64,000 nucleotides of DNA from a virus, in the IMG/VR virus record IMGVR_UViG_3300040801_003053, positions 6,977 to 70,976 of that record; one strand, written 5' to 3'. This document shows positions 40,532 through 51,818 of the stretch, in pieces. The position numbers and the translations under genes are program-made. Within the stretch, counting starts at the first letter, position 1. Each line of letters opens with the position of its first letter. The notes beneath the pieces are model-generated. The model made no database searches. It was not told where the DNA came from and saw only the letters and a list, made by a program, of their open reading frames with translations.

Positions 40532-43500
40532 ATGGGAATCATTGATGATGCCAGAATGGGTATTGACCCGATCAAGGAAAAAGCACAGCAAGATGCAAAC
40601 AGCTCCATGGCTCAGACAACAAATGTTGGCGAGCAAGATTTTAAAGAGCGAAGAAAAGACGAGCGTATTGCTGCCCAAGAGACTCCAACCTCACAAGGCA
40701 TGGAATCTTTGCAGGGGCCACAAGAGGGCGTTATAGATCCTGAAGTGACCCAGCGCGGATGGGCTGAAGAGTTTGGTCATTCCCTGGTACGTGGTTTTGG
40801 TAAACAGGTCATTGGCGGCACCGGTGATGTGATACAAGCTATTCACGGCATTATTGATGAAGATGCTATCGAGGGCAACTTAGCTTCCCGATGGTTGCAA
40901 GAAGCAGGCAACAGTATTGCTGAAGGCCATGAGAACTACCTAAGCGAAGATTTTAGAAAACACATGGAAGACAATGCCTGGAGCATAAAAACTTTCATGG
41001 AGCCTGAATTTTGGAGCAATGATGTGGCTGAGGGTATCCCTATGCTTCTTGAAATGATCTTCCTTTCCAAGGGGATCTCCGGTCTTGCCAAAAAGGGGGC
41101 GTTAAATGTCGTCAAGAAAGTAGGCAAGAAAGGTGTTCGCGATGTAGCGGGATTGACCGGGAAAGGAATTGATCAAACTATTGGAGCTGCAAAGCTTGGT
41201 GAGTTTGGTGCAGGTGCTGTTGACATGGCGGCCGGTGGTGTGACAATGAACATGTATGCCGGATTGATGAATTCGGCTGAGCTTGTCAATATGCATAAAA
41301 ATGACGTTGACGAAAATGGGAATCCTCTTTACACCAATGCTGAGCTTTCACAGATGGCGGCCACATCATTTACAAACAACATGGCTTATTTGCCTGTCGA
41401 TGCTTTGTCATGGGGTCTGACTTACGGTAATGCCGGGAGAGCGGTAATGAAAGGCATGAAGGGCGTCTTGTCCAAGCCAGGTCAATTACTCAAAGGCCCT
41501 GCAGAAAGTTTAACTAGCAGCGCCAAAATGTTTGCTCAGACGGTAAAGCCGATGGCAAACGTATTGAAGAAAAGAATACTCCCATTGAGTAAGCCAGCGG
41601 CTGAAGGCCTTGAAGAAACCTTTCAGGAATCTTTTGAAGAGTGGGCCAAACTTAAGGCTAAAGAAAAAAGCGGTATTTACGACAGCTCACTTCAAGAGAA
41701 TGTTGGTGAGTTTATGGACTTCTACAATAGCAAAGAAAATCAGCACACAAAAGCCGTTTCTATGGCTTTGGGTATGTTAGGTGGTGCGGGATCCAATGTG
41801 GCCAACTCAGCCCGTAATATGGTCAACAGGATCAATGAAGAGGCTGAAAAGAACTTCAAGTATTACGACAAAGCTGAATTGCTGAAAAACGTATATACAG
41901 ATTCCGACATGAAAGAGGCCCAAATGGAGGCCGTGCATGACATGATGCTCAATGATATGTACCATGACGGAAAAGTGAACATGGTCTACATTGAGGATCT
42001 CCATGAGAAAGAAGCAATCGATGACGAGGTTTATAAAGAATTGAAAAACAAAGCCACCGCTATTGAAGACAACTGGGGCAAGGCCGAGCTTATGAATGTG
42101 AGGGGGAAAATGGCATATGGAAAAGCGAAGATGCAACAAGTCCATATTACAGAACATATGGCTAAGCTCAATGAAGAATTTTCTGACAAACGTGCGGAGA
42201 TCCTTCAAGGCCCTGCTTCAGATCAAACCAAAGAAACTCAAATCAAGAAATATGAACAAGAAAGAGACCAGGGCCTCCAAGCCGCTCAAGAAGCTCTTGC
42301 CGTTAATGCAGCCGTTCAAGAATCTTTGCTTAGTGGCGATCAAAATGGAATTAAGCCGTTACAATCAAAATTTGTTACTAATGAAGATGGTAACGAAGAA
42401 CTTATAAACGGACTGACCCCTGAACTCTACAATGAGTTTTATACCAAGACCGATGAAGAGGTTCTAAATGAACTCAAAAAGAACAGGGTTCAACGTACAG
42501 CTTCAAAAGTCTTTGGTGGTTTTGCAGACCAGCTTACAAACGCCAGGGAAAGAGAAGTGTTTAAAAACATATTTACAAAAGTCAAAGATGGCGCAAAAGA
42601 AATGGCAGACAAGGCGGGTATTAATGTTGAAGCCGCCGAAGATAATAATCAACAAAGTAAGGGTGATCAAGCAAAAGAAACAACAACTCTTACACCAAAT
42701 GCAGAGAAAGGCGGGGTAGACGAAGGAAAAACCACAATAGAACGTCAAGAGCCGAAACCAATCAGTGGCTTAACTGGTGATCAGAACTGGGCAGAGCTTG
42801 TCCAAAATGCGGAGTACGAAAAAGAACTTGACTCAATTACAGATCAAATGACAGAAGCCGGGATATCAGATCCCGACATCACTGTTGCTATCAATAAGAA
42901 AAGAGAAAGTTTACAAAATGGGACAGAAACACCGCAAGCACCCGATGGAGAGCAAGGAGCAGGTAATGCTCAGGATGGTGCGACAACTGGAAACAAAAAT
43001 ACGAAAGCTGGACAGAGAGATCTTAAAGAAGTACAATCTGAAGAAGGCACTGCAGAGGGATCTGATCGAAAAAGTACGTCAATTGCAACGCCCGCAAGAA
43101 GGATCGTCAAGATGGCTAACAAAGGAGGAACGTCAGGCTTTGAGGAACTCAACGAAAAAGACACAACGATTGTCGAGCAAATTGTCAAATCCGAAAAATT
43201 CAAAAGAACCCCCGTTGAGCGAATAGCCAAAATTGTTCGTGCAGCCGGATTCATAGGAACAGAGGATGACGTTGTTTTAGACTATGTAAAGAACAAAGTG
43301 GGACCCAACTATGTAGGGCGTGCTTCTCGCGCTAAAACGCCAACAGGGCGCATGTATTTCCGCGATATAAAAAATCAGACAGATCACGATACTTGGGTAA
43401 ATTCTGCTTTGGCTGAATTGGAGTTTGGGTACAGTACCATGAGTAAAGTGATGGTGCATAATCAATATCTGAGAAAATTGTTTCCAGGCACTTACATTAA

Positions 43501-46500
43501 AAGCTTTGCCATTCAAGATCTTTACCGGGCTGTTGGTGAAGATGCTGTCGGCTATGCTTTAGGGTCTACAGTTTATATTGAACCAAACCAATGGGAACAA
43601 GATGACCTTTTTATGCATGAGTTTTCGCATATCTATTATGCGACAATGAAAGACACTCAAGAAGTGGAGGAAATTTTAAAAGCGGCCAGGGCCGATGAAA
43701 ACTTCAGAAAATCCGTAGAGCAAGCTTATTGGGCTGATGTTATGTACAGGGCAACCAAGCCTATACCTCTTCTGAATCTTGCCAAAGGGGATCTGATTAA
43801 TGTCGGGGCCGTAGGAGCAAACCTTAAAGTCACCGATCCTGAAACCTTCAACAAGAAAATAAGCATCATCATGAAGCGTTTGGAGAAGCTTCCGGACAGT
43901 GAACAGGAAGTAATCAATGATGAGCTTTTTGCCAATTACTTACAAGGAAAGCTATCCAAGGAATTCAATAAATTCTTTGATCCTAAAAAAGAACCTATGC
44001 GTCAGCGTCTGACCCGGAACTTCTGGAATACGCTGAAAAGGAAAAGCAACGAAAACGATGCTAAATACGTGGTTGAAAGCGGAACGAATTACAAGACCGC
44101 TAATCCAGATGAACAGGTCGCTTACGACACCATTGTCAGAACATTCAAAGACACTTTGAAAATGAGGGGAACGACAGTGGCCGGTAGGCGAGCTGTCTCT
44201 CTGGAAAAATATGAGGGCATCCAAGACGCGGCTTTGGCAGCTGTCCATAACTGGGAGAAGGCTGAAATGAATATGGATCTCAAAGAGCCATACCAAGACG
44301 AGCTTGATGAGAACACTCAAGAAGATGTTGGTATTGACGGTTATGACTGGGACAAGACCTTTGAGCGTATAAGCAACAAGGCTCGAAAGATCCTCAATAG
44401 CTTCATCAAACGATACAAACAAAATCTCAGAGCGGAGCAGGAAGCAGAAGCCAAAGAGAAAAACCTACCTGTCCGACACCGTAACATTGAGGAGAGGCAT
44501 TTTGTTAGCTTAATAATGAACTCTGCCCGAGAGGAGGAAAATCCTTTTGTGTGGTCCGCTAAGGTCATGAATCCAAATACGGAGAATCATGTACTTAAAA
44601 AGTTTCAGGAATACATGAAACAAACTTATGGATCAAACCGAGGGCCTATTCTTAGAAGCATGCATAAGATCTACAATAATCAGATCACATTGCAGACCGT
44701 CTTTGGTCATACTGATTCTAATGGAAATACAGACTTCCTTTCTGGAACATCTTATAAAGACATGAGTCAGGTTAATTGGATGAGCACTCAGTTTATTGAC
44801 AATCTTGATGAGCATCCTACTCTGCCCGGTCTTGTAGAACGTATTCGCAGTGGTCGCGGAACCGATGAGGATTATAAGTCCGTCATTCAGATCGCAACAG
44901 AATCTACTTCTTATGTTTTTGCTGACGAGATCATTGGTGGGAATACTGTCAATTTCCAAAATGGGAAAACAGATATTAAAACATTCCTTGACCATTACCT
45001 GGGCATGGAAGACGTTTCTGATGGTGTTGCTGAAATGATGATGAATATTGTTACAACAAATGCTATTTATTCCTCAGATGCAGTAGTACGAAGCGTCAAA
45101 GAAGATAAAAATGGATTCTCCGATTATACCGCTTCCAAGCACCTCAGAAATGCTTTGTTCTCAAGCTTTGAGGAAATGCAAAACGACTTGAAGCAGGGAA
45201 TGTCCAAGAGAGCTTTCTTGAACAAGTACACGAATATGACTTCCAATGAAGGCAAGTATCGTGTAAAAGCCAGGAATGAGCTGACCGAGTTCATATATGA
45301 CAATTACCAGAACAACAATTTGCTCCCTGATATCTCTCTTTACCTTGGTGATATTAATGATCGTCAAAATAAAAATGTTTCCTACAAGGACACCGATGCC
45401 GAATCACTGTATGTTAGTGACGTGATCCGTTTCCTGAAAGGGGATAACGCGTATTTGTCTCCATTGAACACAATGGGCGAATCTAAGCGTAGCATGATGA
45501 CGATGATGCCCAAGTATGAGGCAGGCACAGAAAAGGCGCGTACAGCCCTTAAAAGAGCTTATCAGGCTTATGTGATGACTCCGGGAGATAAAGACATCAA
45601 AAGCTTACAGGAATGGAGTAAGGGTGTTCAAGATTCCATCAATCAAGAAGTTGCCTATTTCCAAGCGCACAGCGAAGTGTACATGGAGTACAATGATTTT
45701 ATCAATCCGGAAAATGAAAATGAAGGTCTTTACAATTCTCGAGGTGTACTCACTTCTTACGGGAAAAGACGCATTGCGGATTATGTGACTTCAACGATTA
45801 TCAACAAAGCTTTTGTTCACGAATTGCTTACGCCAACGACAGAAGTCAAAGATATTGTCAAGCGGAATAAAATGAACAACTCTCCGTTTATGCGCCTTTC
45901 TCACAAACTCAAGTTTGAGAACGTGCCTATGCCAGCGGAGTTTGTTGACGCAATCAATGAGCTTGGAGAGCAAAACGATTCCGGTCAGTACATAACCGAT
46001 GTGACTGCAGCTCGTATTGAAGAAGCCAGTAGAGGTGTCCTGAATTTGAACAAAGGATACAAGATGGTCAACAACCATATTGAAAGAGACAATCCTAATT
46101 TTCGAGGACGCAAGCTGGGATTGAAAGGGTATGTGACCATTCTCTCTGCAGAGCAAGTAGAGAAGTTTCCTGCCCTCAAGCCAATCTACGACTTGCTGAA
46201 TAAGCGTCAAGAACGTTTTGATGCCTACGCAAAAGAAAATGGAGTCAGCACTGATGATGTTCTTGAGCATCCGGAAACCGCCATGGACTACATAGCCATT
46301 GCCTCTCCTGTAAGCTCTGAAAAGCAAAACTTCTACAACAAGGAGCAGCTTGACACGATCAACAATGCCACACTTGAAGCCTTAGCTGATCCTGAGAACA
46401 TGAAAGCTTATGAAGAGTTTCTCGATGGTATGTACTACGATGAGAACGGAGAGTTTATGGGTCTTTCTGGAAACAACTTTGGACCACAAATGCGGATGGA

Positions 46501-49500
46501 TGAGGACAAGCGAAAAGCTAAAATACCTGTCCAGATGCGAAGCGCCATTATGGTCAATGCCGGAATATTTGACAACATTGCCGAAGCTGAAGAGGTGCTG
46601 AGCAAGTATAACAGTGCGGCCAATATCATGCTTCAAGAGAATCTTCTTGCTGACATTATGCATAAAGGGGTTATCAAAAACGATGTAGAGCTTGCCAAAT
46701 TTATTTTGAAAAACTCTAACCCGGATGAGATCAATCCACGCGACAAGCGATTGTTGGAAGTTAAAAACGCAAGCATTCATAACCCTTGGCTTTCTCAGAC
46801 AGCCCGTAACCTGGTTAAAAACCTGATCATTAAAAATGGAAACAACCTGCAAGGGCCGGGAACCATTGCTCAGCAAAAATCAGAAGTAGCCGGCAAGCAA
46901 GTTGAGAAAGGCAAGCCCTCTATGCCGCTAGAGTTTTACCGTGAAGCAAATGGTAAGGTTCTACCTATGGAAGGGATACTTCCTGCCTACATGAAAGATA
47001 TGGGTGTTCGCAAAAGGAAATATGCTCCTTTAGAAGAAGTGCGAATCGACCTTCTTTCTTCAAGAAAACTCCAAGAGGAGTTTGGAATCAAAGGGCGTGA
47101 GCAAGTAGAGCAATTCATCAAAGATCACAGTTTTGAATTTGATGGTAAAATGAAGTACTACATTCCTGGAGAGAATGTACTTGCCACTCGTGTGCCTAGC
47201 TCCGGGCCTTCTTTTACAGGCGTGATGGAAGCCGTAGATTTTGACACTACGGGAGCCTCTAACGTCATGATACCAACCAAATTTAAAGAAACGATCGGTT
47301 CTGATGACGATGGGGATCAGCTCTTCATAAGCATACGGGACAAAGGAAATCGTATTGGTGCCATGGAGTACAATGAGTTTTTTGACTCAGCTGTTAAGAA
47401 ATGGCTTACTCGGGAGATGCAAACCACCCTGACAACCAAACTCGATGATTCCAGAGAAGTCAACAGGATCATAGAGGGCATGACGATAAAAGGCAAGCGT
47501 GAAAATCCAATGCCTTTCTCTCCTGCCTGGGCTAAAAAGAATCATAATGACGCTCTCGGTGCCAGCCAGACGGTAGGTATTGCTTTTAATCTGCACAGGA
47601 TATTCAATAGCGTTGCCGCCTATAAAACTCCACTTAGGAGAGTTGACCGACAAGGAAGCTCTTACGACATGAGCATCGGCATCAATGGTCAGGTAGAAAA
47701 TCAATTCAATGATAACGAACAAGGTGTAAAATCGCGTATCCATAAATCCAACACAATTACACAAATTGTATTGGACAGCTCTAAAAATGGCCACACAGAA
47801 GCGTTAGGGTTCAGCAAGAACTCTATCGGATACGCGATGATTCTCACCAACCTCGGGTTTGACCTGGGAACAGTAGGAGAATTTTTAAACCACCCAACAA
47901 CCAAAGAGTATGTTGCTCGTATCGCCTCAAAAGACAACCTCTACGCTCCTTATGAGCATGAGTATGGGGTATTGAAGCAAATGGTCAAGAAAGTCGATCG
48001 TAACCAAGCTATGAGCGATCTCTATACAGGGGGCAATATTGACTTGAATAATGACTCCAAAGAAACCAAGATCAAGATACTTGGTCTTTTGGACTACATG
48101 AATAAAATTCATGCAGACATTGAGAAAGTCAACAAAGTGATGAAAGGACACAAAGAGATCTCTCCGGATCCTTTCGTTGTTGAAAAGCAAATGCAAGAAT
48201 ATCGGGACCTGGTATCAAACAAAGGAGCGACAACCTTGCTGTTTTCAGATGAGTTTTCTGTCAACCCGGAAGCCGAAGGGTACCTGTCCAGCATGAAACA
48301 CACCCAAGACATTGTTGGTAAGATGAGTATTGAATACTCTCCTGCCAACAGAGAGATCTACAATGAGGTGGCAAGAAGTGTATTCCAAGGATTTGGTAAG
48401 GACTACAATTCCAAGCTTGTTGGTGACTATCTTAAAATCTACAACGAAGCAAAATATTGGAACATCAATAACAAGTACACCCGTTCTGAATTAACCCGAT
48501 TGATTGCTCCAAAAGATTTCAATAATGAAGCCGTTCCCGGATCAGCTATAAAATCATTTGAGGATCTGGTCAATGAAATGCTTGAGCAAACAAGTCCAAG
48601 CACCGAAAATGCAGAGCTTGAAAACACGGCATTCCACAAGAATAAATTTTTGAACCTGGTACAGGCATTTGGTGTTGAGAATGACATGTTCAATGAAAGC
48701 TTAGGCTTTGAGATCAAAACAACTCCTTATGCTCGCTCGAACTCATTAAGTCAAGAAGAGATTCAGGACGTTGCCAAATCCTTTGATGAATTGCCGGCAG
48801 ACTTCAAAGAAAAGATTCTTGTCGCTGACCTGGTACTCAATGGGTGGAAAGGGAACAATTCTATATTCCCGTTTTTGCCTGACTATGTGATTGAATCAAT
48901 CAATGAGAATGCAGGGCGCATTGCACGCGATCAGTCCACTCCAAGCAGAGAGAAGATTGAACAAGTCCGAAACACAATCATTAATTTGATGATGTCCCGG
49001 AATGCAGGAGCCTTTAAAAATGTCAACATTAATGTTCCTGTCTTAAAAGACGCTCCACCGCCAACAAGCAAAATGGTAGCCAATGAAATTGCAAATGAGC
49101 TTGGCCGGGATCCGTCTTTCTTTGAAAATATTGCAAAAAAGAAAGATGACAAGGCAGTGCCTGTCCTTTATTATAAACTAAATCGCAGAGGCAATGATGG
49201 TCAAAAAGTTGATGCAGGCCAACTATTTATCAAAGTAACCGGTATTGATCCAGTTACTGATAAAGTCGTACAGAAGTATGATATAAACAAGGGTCGCACA
49301 CAGGGCCAGTTAGGAGTTTCTAAATACAAGAAAAGACAGATCACTTTGGCGAAACTTGTTGAAGAGGGAAGAATTGAAGTAATCTCTCCAGAACCAACAA
49401 GCCCTAAAAATATTGACCTGCTTGTAATTCCGGATGAAGGCACCAAAATGCCTACCCCTGAATGGACTCAAAAAAAAAAGTTTAATCAGAAGTTAGGTCG

Positions 49501-51817
49501 AGCTGCCAGAGCAGACCTGGAGAGTTTCACCTCAGATCGCAAGCTTACTCCAGAGGAATACATGGACGCACAGCAGTTCCGCTATGGTGTCGATTCCGTT
49601 AAACGAAACATGATGTATCAGCGTTATCTTAAAGACAAGGATAACGCTAATGCATTGGCTCAGGGAGAGTACCGCAAAGAGAAGATCCTCAAAATGAAGC
49701 CTGATCAGCTTTTAGAAGTCTACAAGGAGTTTGCTAAAAAAGACATCTACGCCTACAGCAATATTATCGTTCCTGTCCTGGAAAGGATTACTCACTTCGC
49801 GATTAATGAACAACAGGAGCTTACAGGTGTTCAAGAAGGTATGAAAGACATCAGTGTGCTTAAAGCTTACTTGCAGACCAACAATATAGACTCCTCTCAT
49901 CCCGGCACTCAATACGCTCAAAGAATGCTGGAAGGACAGTACAAGTCTTTTATCAATGAGAAGAAGCAATTCACCAAAAGGATCAATGAGGCCACAAACA
50001 ATCTCTACAATGAGAAGTTCAACGATCAGCGGTCCTCAATTCCTTTCTTTAATAGGCTGACCCGAGCCGCTATTGTCGCTTTCACTCCAAGAAATACCAT
50101 GTATGAGAAATTGTATGGTAACCTGGTAAAGATTGACAAAAGAGAGCGATCTGACGGCACAATATTCAGGGCCTATAAAATGCATTCTCCCGAAGTGCTT
50201 AAGGCCAAGTACCTCAAGAAGCAGATCTCTAAATCGGAATACGAATTTGCCCAGGTGTTTCAAGACACCATAAGCAAGCTTTCATTTACCGACAAAAAGG
50301 ATTTTGAGACAGGTGGATTTGTTCCTGCCGTTGCCATGAACCGGATGGAGAAATTTGCCACTCGTGGACTTCTTGGACTGTTCAGCTCATCCAGAACACA
50401 GGATGAAGCCATGATGAATGTTAAGATGAATTTCCGGGGAAACACAGTTAGCTTTAAAGAGATTGAAGATTACTTCCGGAGTACGGCAAAGAACAATTAC
50501 AAAAACATTAAAGAATACGTCACACTCAAAGCCAAGGCGATCAAGCTGGTGAACCAAGGCAAAAATGAAGATGGAAGCATGCTGGTCACAACCGCTGTAT
50601 CTACCAAAACATTGATGGGCGATGGTGTCATGGAGCGATTCAAGGAAGGAAAGTTTATCAATGAGAATGAGCTTGTAAGCATGGACTTGAATAAGGCTCT
50701 ACATGACTTTGTTCACGCCTCTATGTTTTCTCATGGCTATGGAGACTTTAAAGGCTTTGTAGGGCTTCAGTCGGTCATTGACGGCTTACTTATCCATAAC
50801 CGAAAAAAAGGATTTGAGAATCAAAATAAATTTGTTCAGCGCGTAATGAAAGATGGATTTCTGACGGGCAATATACGCAAGAATGAATCCATGGCTGATA
50901 AGACCTTAAATGGATTGATCAGGGCCAACCTCTTGTACATATTGGGGTACAAGGCTTTGATACTACAGCATGGAGCATATGCTATCAACAACCTTGTTGT
51001 GGGTAAATACCACAATATAAAAAATGAAGGTGGCCGAGCTTGGATAACCGGAGAGAAGCGTTATTGGGGGGTAAGTGCTGACTCCGGTTTCGGTCATCGT
51101 AAAGCAAATGGGATCCTCAAGAATTTGAATTACATGACTTTCAACGTCTATGACGAAGTTCCTTTGGAAAACAAACATGGATTGGACGATATATTTTCAG
51201 ACATTGCTTTGATGCCTATGACAGCGTCTGAAAACTGGACTCAAAAAGTACATTACTTGGGCCTATTGACAGATGAAGAATGGAAAAAGTTTGACCGTGA
51301 CGGAGACTACCTTCCGGGCGTAGAGAAAATTTCAAACCAACGACTTCTTGAAATCGAAGAAGAAGTTAAAACGGCACATGGTAAAGGCTACCAGGTGATA
51401 GATCAGCGCATGATACAAACGTACAGTTGGGGTCGTGCAATCATGCAGTTCGCTCGATTTATTCCAACGATGGTATATGACCGCTTTGCTCCTGAAGATG
51501 TCAATATCTATGGACAAAAGCATGTCGGCTCATTACGCAAGACCTGGCAGGTAATCCATGAAGCCATGAGCGGAAACATGAGCGTTAAAGAATTCGCCGC
51601 TTACAGGAAGTCCTTGCCCGCCCACGAACGTAAAGCTCTTGACCAAGGACTCCGAGGAATGGGCCTTACCACGGCAGCCGCTTTCTTAGGGGTACTTGCT
51701 AATTCAGAGATAGCCACGGAGCTTGTAGGTGATTCAAACTACCTAATGAATCCAGACAAGATGCAATGGAAAATTGTACCGAGCCTGGTCAATACAACAA
51801 AACAAATAATTTTGTGA
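40532..51817 (+). CDS. Virion-packaged two-barrel RNA polymerase polyprotein with zincin-like domain
   Basis: 3761 aa; R-x-P (TRVPSSG) followed by the DxDGD catalytic motif GSDDDGDQLF (47303-47317); HEFSH plus downstream ELFA zincin motif (43616-43630); crAss-like position. Confidence 0.85.
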   Translation: MGIIDDARMGIDPIKEKAQQDANSSMAQTTNVGEQDFKERRKDERIAAQETPTSQGMESLQGPQEGVIDPEVTQRGWAEEFGHSLVRGFGKQVIGGTGDVIQAIHGIIDEDAIEGNLASRWLQEAGNSIAEGHENYLSEDFRKHMEDNAWSIKTFMEPEFWSNDVAEGIPMLLEMIFLSKGISGLAKKGALNVVKKVGKKGVRDVAGLTGKGIDQTIGAAKLGEFGAGAVDMAAGGVTMNMYAGLMNSAELVNMHKNDVDENGNPLYTNAELSQMAATSFTNNMAYLPVDALSWGLTYGNAGRAVMKGMKGVLSKPGQLLKGPAESLTSSAKMFAQTVKPMANVLKKRILPLSKPAAEGLEETFQESFEEWAKLKAKEKSGIYDSSLQENVGEFMDFYNSKENQHTKAVSMALGMLGGAGSNVANSARNMVNRINEEAEKNFKYYDKAELLKNVYTDSDMKEAQMEAVHDMMLNDMYHDGKVNMVYIEDLHEKEAIDDEVYKELKNKATAIEDNWGKAELMNVRGKMAYGKAKMQQVHITEHMAKLNEEFSDKRAEILQGPASDQTKETQIKKYEQERDQGLQAAQEALAVNAAVQESLLSGDQNGIKPLQSKFVTNEDGNEELINGLTPELYNEFYTKTDEEVLNELKKNRVQRTASKVFGGFADQLTNAREREVFKNIFTKVKDGAKEMADKAGINVEAAEDNNQQSKGDQAKETTTLTPNAEKGGVDEGKTTIERQEPKPISGLTGDQNWAELVQNAEYEKELDSITDQMTEAGISDPDITVAINKKRESLQNGTETPQAPDGEQGAGNAQDGATTGNKNTKAGQRDLKEVQSEEGTAEGSDRKSTSIATPARRIVKMANKGGTSGFEELNEKDTTIVEQIVKSEKFKRTPVERIAKIVRAAGFIGTEDDVVLDYVKNKVGPNYVGRASRAKTPTGRMYFRDIKNQTDHDTWVNSALAELEFGYSTMSKVMVHNQYLRKLFPGTYIKSFAIQDLYRAVGEDAVGYALGSTVYIEPNQWEQDDLFMHEFSHIYYATMKDTQEVEEILKAARADENFRKSVEQAYWADVMYRATKPIPLLNLAKGDLINVGAVGANLKVTDPETFNKKISIIMKRLEKLPDSEQEVINDELFANYLQGKLSKEFNKFFDPKKEPMRQRLTRNFWNTLKRKSNENDAKYVVESGTNYKTANPDEQVAYDTIVRTFKDTLKMRGTTVAGRRAVSLEKYEGIQDAALAAVHNWEKAEMNMDLKEPYQDELDENTQEDVGIDGYDWDKTFERISNKARKILNSFIKRYKQNLRAEQEAEAKEKNLPVRHRNIEERHFVSLIMNSAREEENPFVWSAKVMNPNTENHVLKKFQEYMKQTYGSNRGPILRSMHKIYNNQITLQTVFGHTDSNGNTDFLSGTSYKDMSQVNWMSTQFIDNLDEHPTLPGLVERIRSGRGTDEDYKSVIQIATESTSYVFADEIIGGNTVNFQNGKTDIKTFLDHYLGMEDVSDGVAEMMMNIVTTNAIYSSDAVVRSVKEDKNGFSDYTASKHLRNALFSSFEEMQNDLKQGMSKRAFLNKYTNMTSNEGKYRVKARNELTEFIYDNYQNNNLLPDISLYLGDINDRQNKNVSYKDTDAESLYVSDVIRFLKGDNAYLSPLNTMGESKRSMMTMMPKYEAGTEKARTALKRAYQAYVMTPGDKDIKSLQEWSKGVQDSINQEVAYFQAHSEVYMEYNDFINPENENEGLYNSRGVLTSYGKRRIADYVTSTIINKAFVHELLTPTTEVKDIVKRNKMNNSPFMRLSHKLKFENVPMPAEFVDAINELGEQNDSGQYITDVTAARIEEASRGVLNLNKGYKMVNNHIERDNPNFRGRKLGLKGYVTILSAEQVEKFPALKPIYDLLNKRQERFDAYAKENGVSTDDVLEHPETAMDYIAIASPVSSEKQNFYNKEQLDTINNATLEALADPENMKAYEEFLDGMYYDENGEFMGLSGNNFGPQMRMDEDKRKAKIPVQMRSAIMVNAGIFDNIAEAEEVLSKYNSAANIMLQENLLADIMHKGVIKNDVELAKFILKNSNPDEINPRDKRLLEVKNASIHNPWLSQTARNLVKNLIIKNGNNLQGPGTIAQQKSEVAGKQVEKGKPSMPLEFYREANGKVLPMEGILPAYMKDMGVRKRKYAPLEEVRIDLLSSRKLQEEFGIKGREQVEQFIKDHSFEFDGKMKYYIPGENVLATRVPSSGPSFTGVMEAVDFDTTGASNVMIPTKFKETIGSDDDGDQLFISIRDKGNRIGAMEYNEFFDSAVKKWLTREMQTTLTTKLDDSREVNRIIEGMTIKGKRENPMPFSPAWAKKNHNDALGASQTVGIAFNLHRIFNSVAAYKTPLRRVDRQGSSYDMSIGINGQVENQFNDNEQGVKSRIHKSNTITQIVLDSSKNGHTEALGFSKNSIGYAMILTNLGFDLGTVGEFLNHPTTKEYVARIASKDNLYAPYEHEYGVLKQMVKKVDRNQAMSDLYTGGNIDLNNDSKETKIKILGLLDYMNKIHADIEKVNKVMKGHKEISPDPFVVEKQMQEYRDLVSNKGATTLLFSDEFSVNPEAEGYLSSMKHTQDIVGKMSIEYSPANREIYNEVARSVFQGFGKDYNSKLVGDYLKIYNEAKYWNINNKYTRSELTRLIAPKDFNNEAVPGSAIKSFEDLVNEMLEQTSPSTENAELENTAFHKNKFLNLVQAFGVENDMFNESLGFEIKTTPYARSNSLSQEEIQDVAKSFDELPADFKEKILVADLVLNGWKGNNSIFPFLPDYVIESINENAGRIARDQSTPSREKIEQVRNTIINLMMSRNAGAFKNVNINVPVLKDAPPPTSKMVANEIANELGRDPSFFENIAKKKDDKAVPVLYYKLNRRGNDGQKVDAGQLFIKVTGIDPVTDKVVQKYDINKGRTQGQLGVSKYKKRQITLAKLVEEGRIEVISPEPTSPKNIDLLVIPDEGTKMPTPEWTQKKKFNQKLGRAARADLESFTSDRKLTPEEYMDAQQFRYGVDSVKRNMMYQRYLKDKDNANALAQGEYRKEKILKMKPDQLLEVYKEFAKKDIYAYSNIIVPVLERITHFAINEQQELTGVQEGMKDISVLKAYLQTNNIDSSHPGTQYAQRMLEGQYKSFINEKKQFTKRINEATNNLYNEKFNDQRSSIPFFNRLTRAAIVAFTPRNTMYEKLYGNLVKIDKRERSDGTIFRAYKMHSPEVLKAKYLKKQISKSEYEFAQVFQDTISKLSFTDKKDFETGGFVPAVAMNRMEKFATRGLLGLFSSSRTQDEAMMNVKMNFRGNTVSFKEIEDYFRSTAKNNYKNIKEYVTLKAKAIKLVNQGKNEDGSMLVTTAVSTKTLMGDGVMERFKEGKFINENELVSMDLNKALHDFVHASMFSHGYGDFKGFVGLQSVIDGLLIHNRKKGFENQNKFVQRVMKDGFLTGNIRKNESMADKTLNGLIRANLLYILGYKALILQHGAYAINNLVVGKYHNIKNEGGRAWITGEKRYWGVSADSGFGHRKANGILKNLNYMTFNVYDEVPLENKHGLDDIFSDIALMPMTASENWTQKVHYLGLLTDEEWKKFDRDGDYLPGVEKISNQRLLEIEEEVKTAHGKGYQVIDQRMIQTYSWGRAIMQFARFIPTMVYDRFAPEDVNIYGQKHVGSLRKTWQVIHEAMSGNMSVKEFAAYRKSLPAHERKALDQGLRGMGLTTAAAFLGVLANSEIATELVGDSNYLMNPDKMQWKIVPSLVNTTKQIIL

Positions 51818-51818
51818 T

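Noticed and set aside
49470-49480. Poly-A tract in vRNAP as a phase-variation switch
   Set aside because: It is in frame and encodes Gln-Lys-Lys-Lys; no evidence of slippage from a single sequence.
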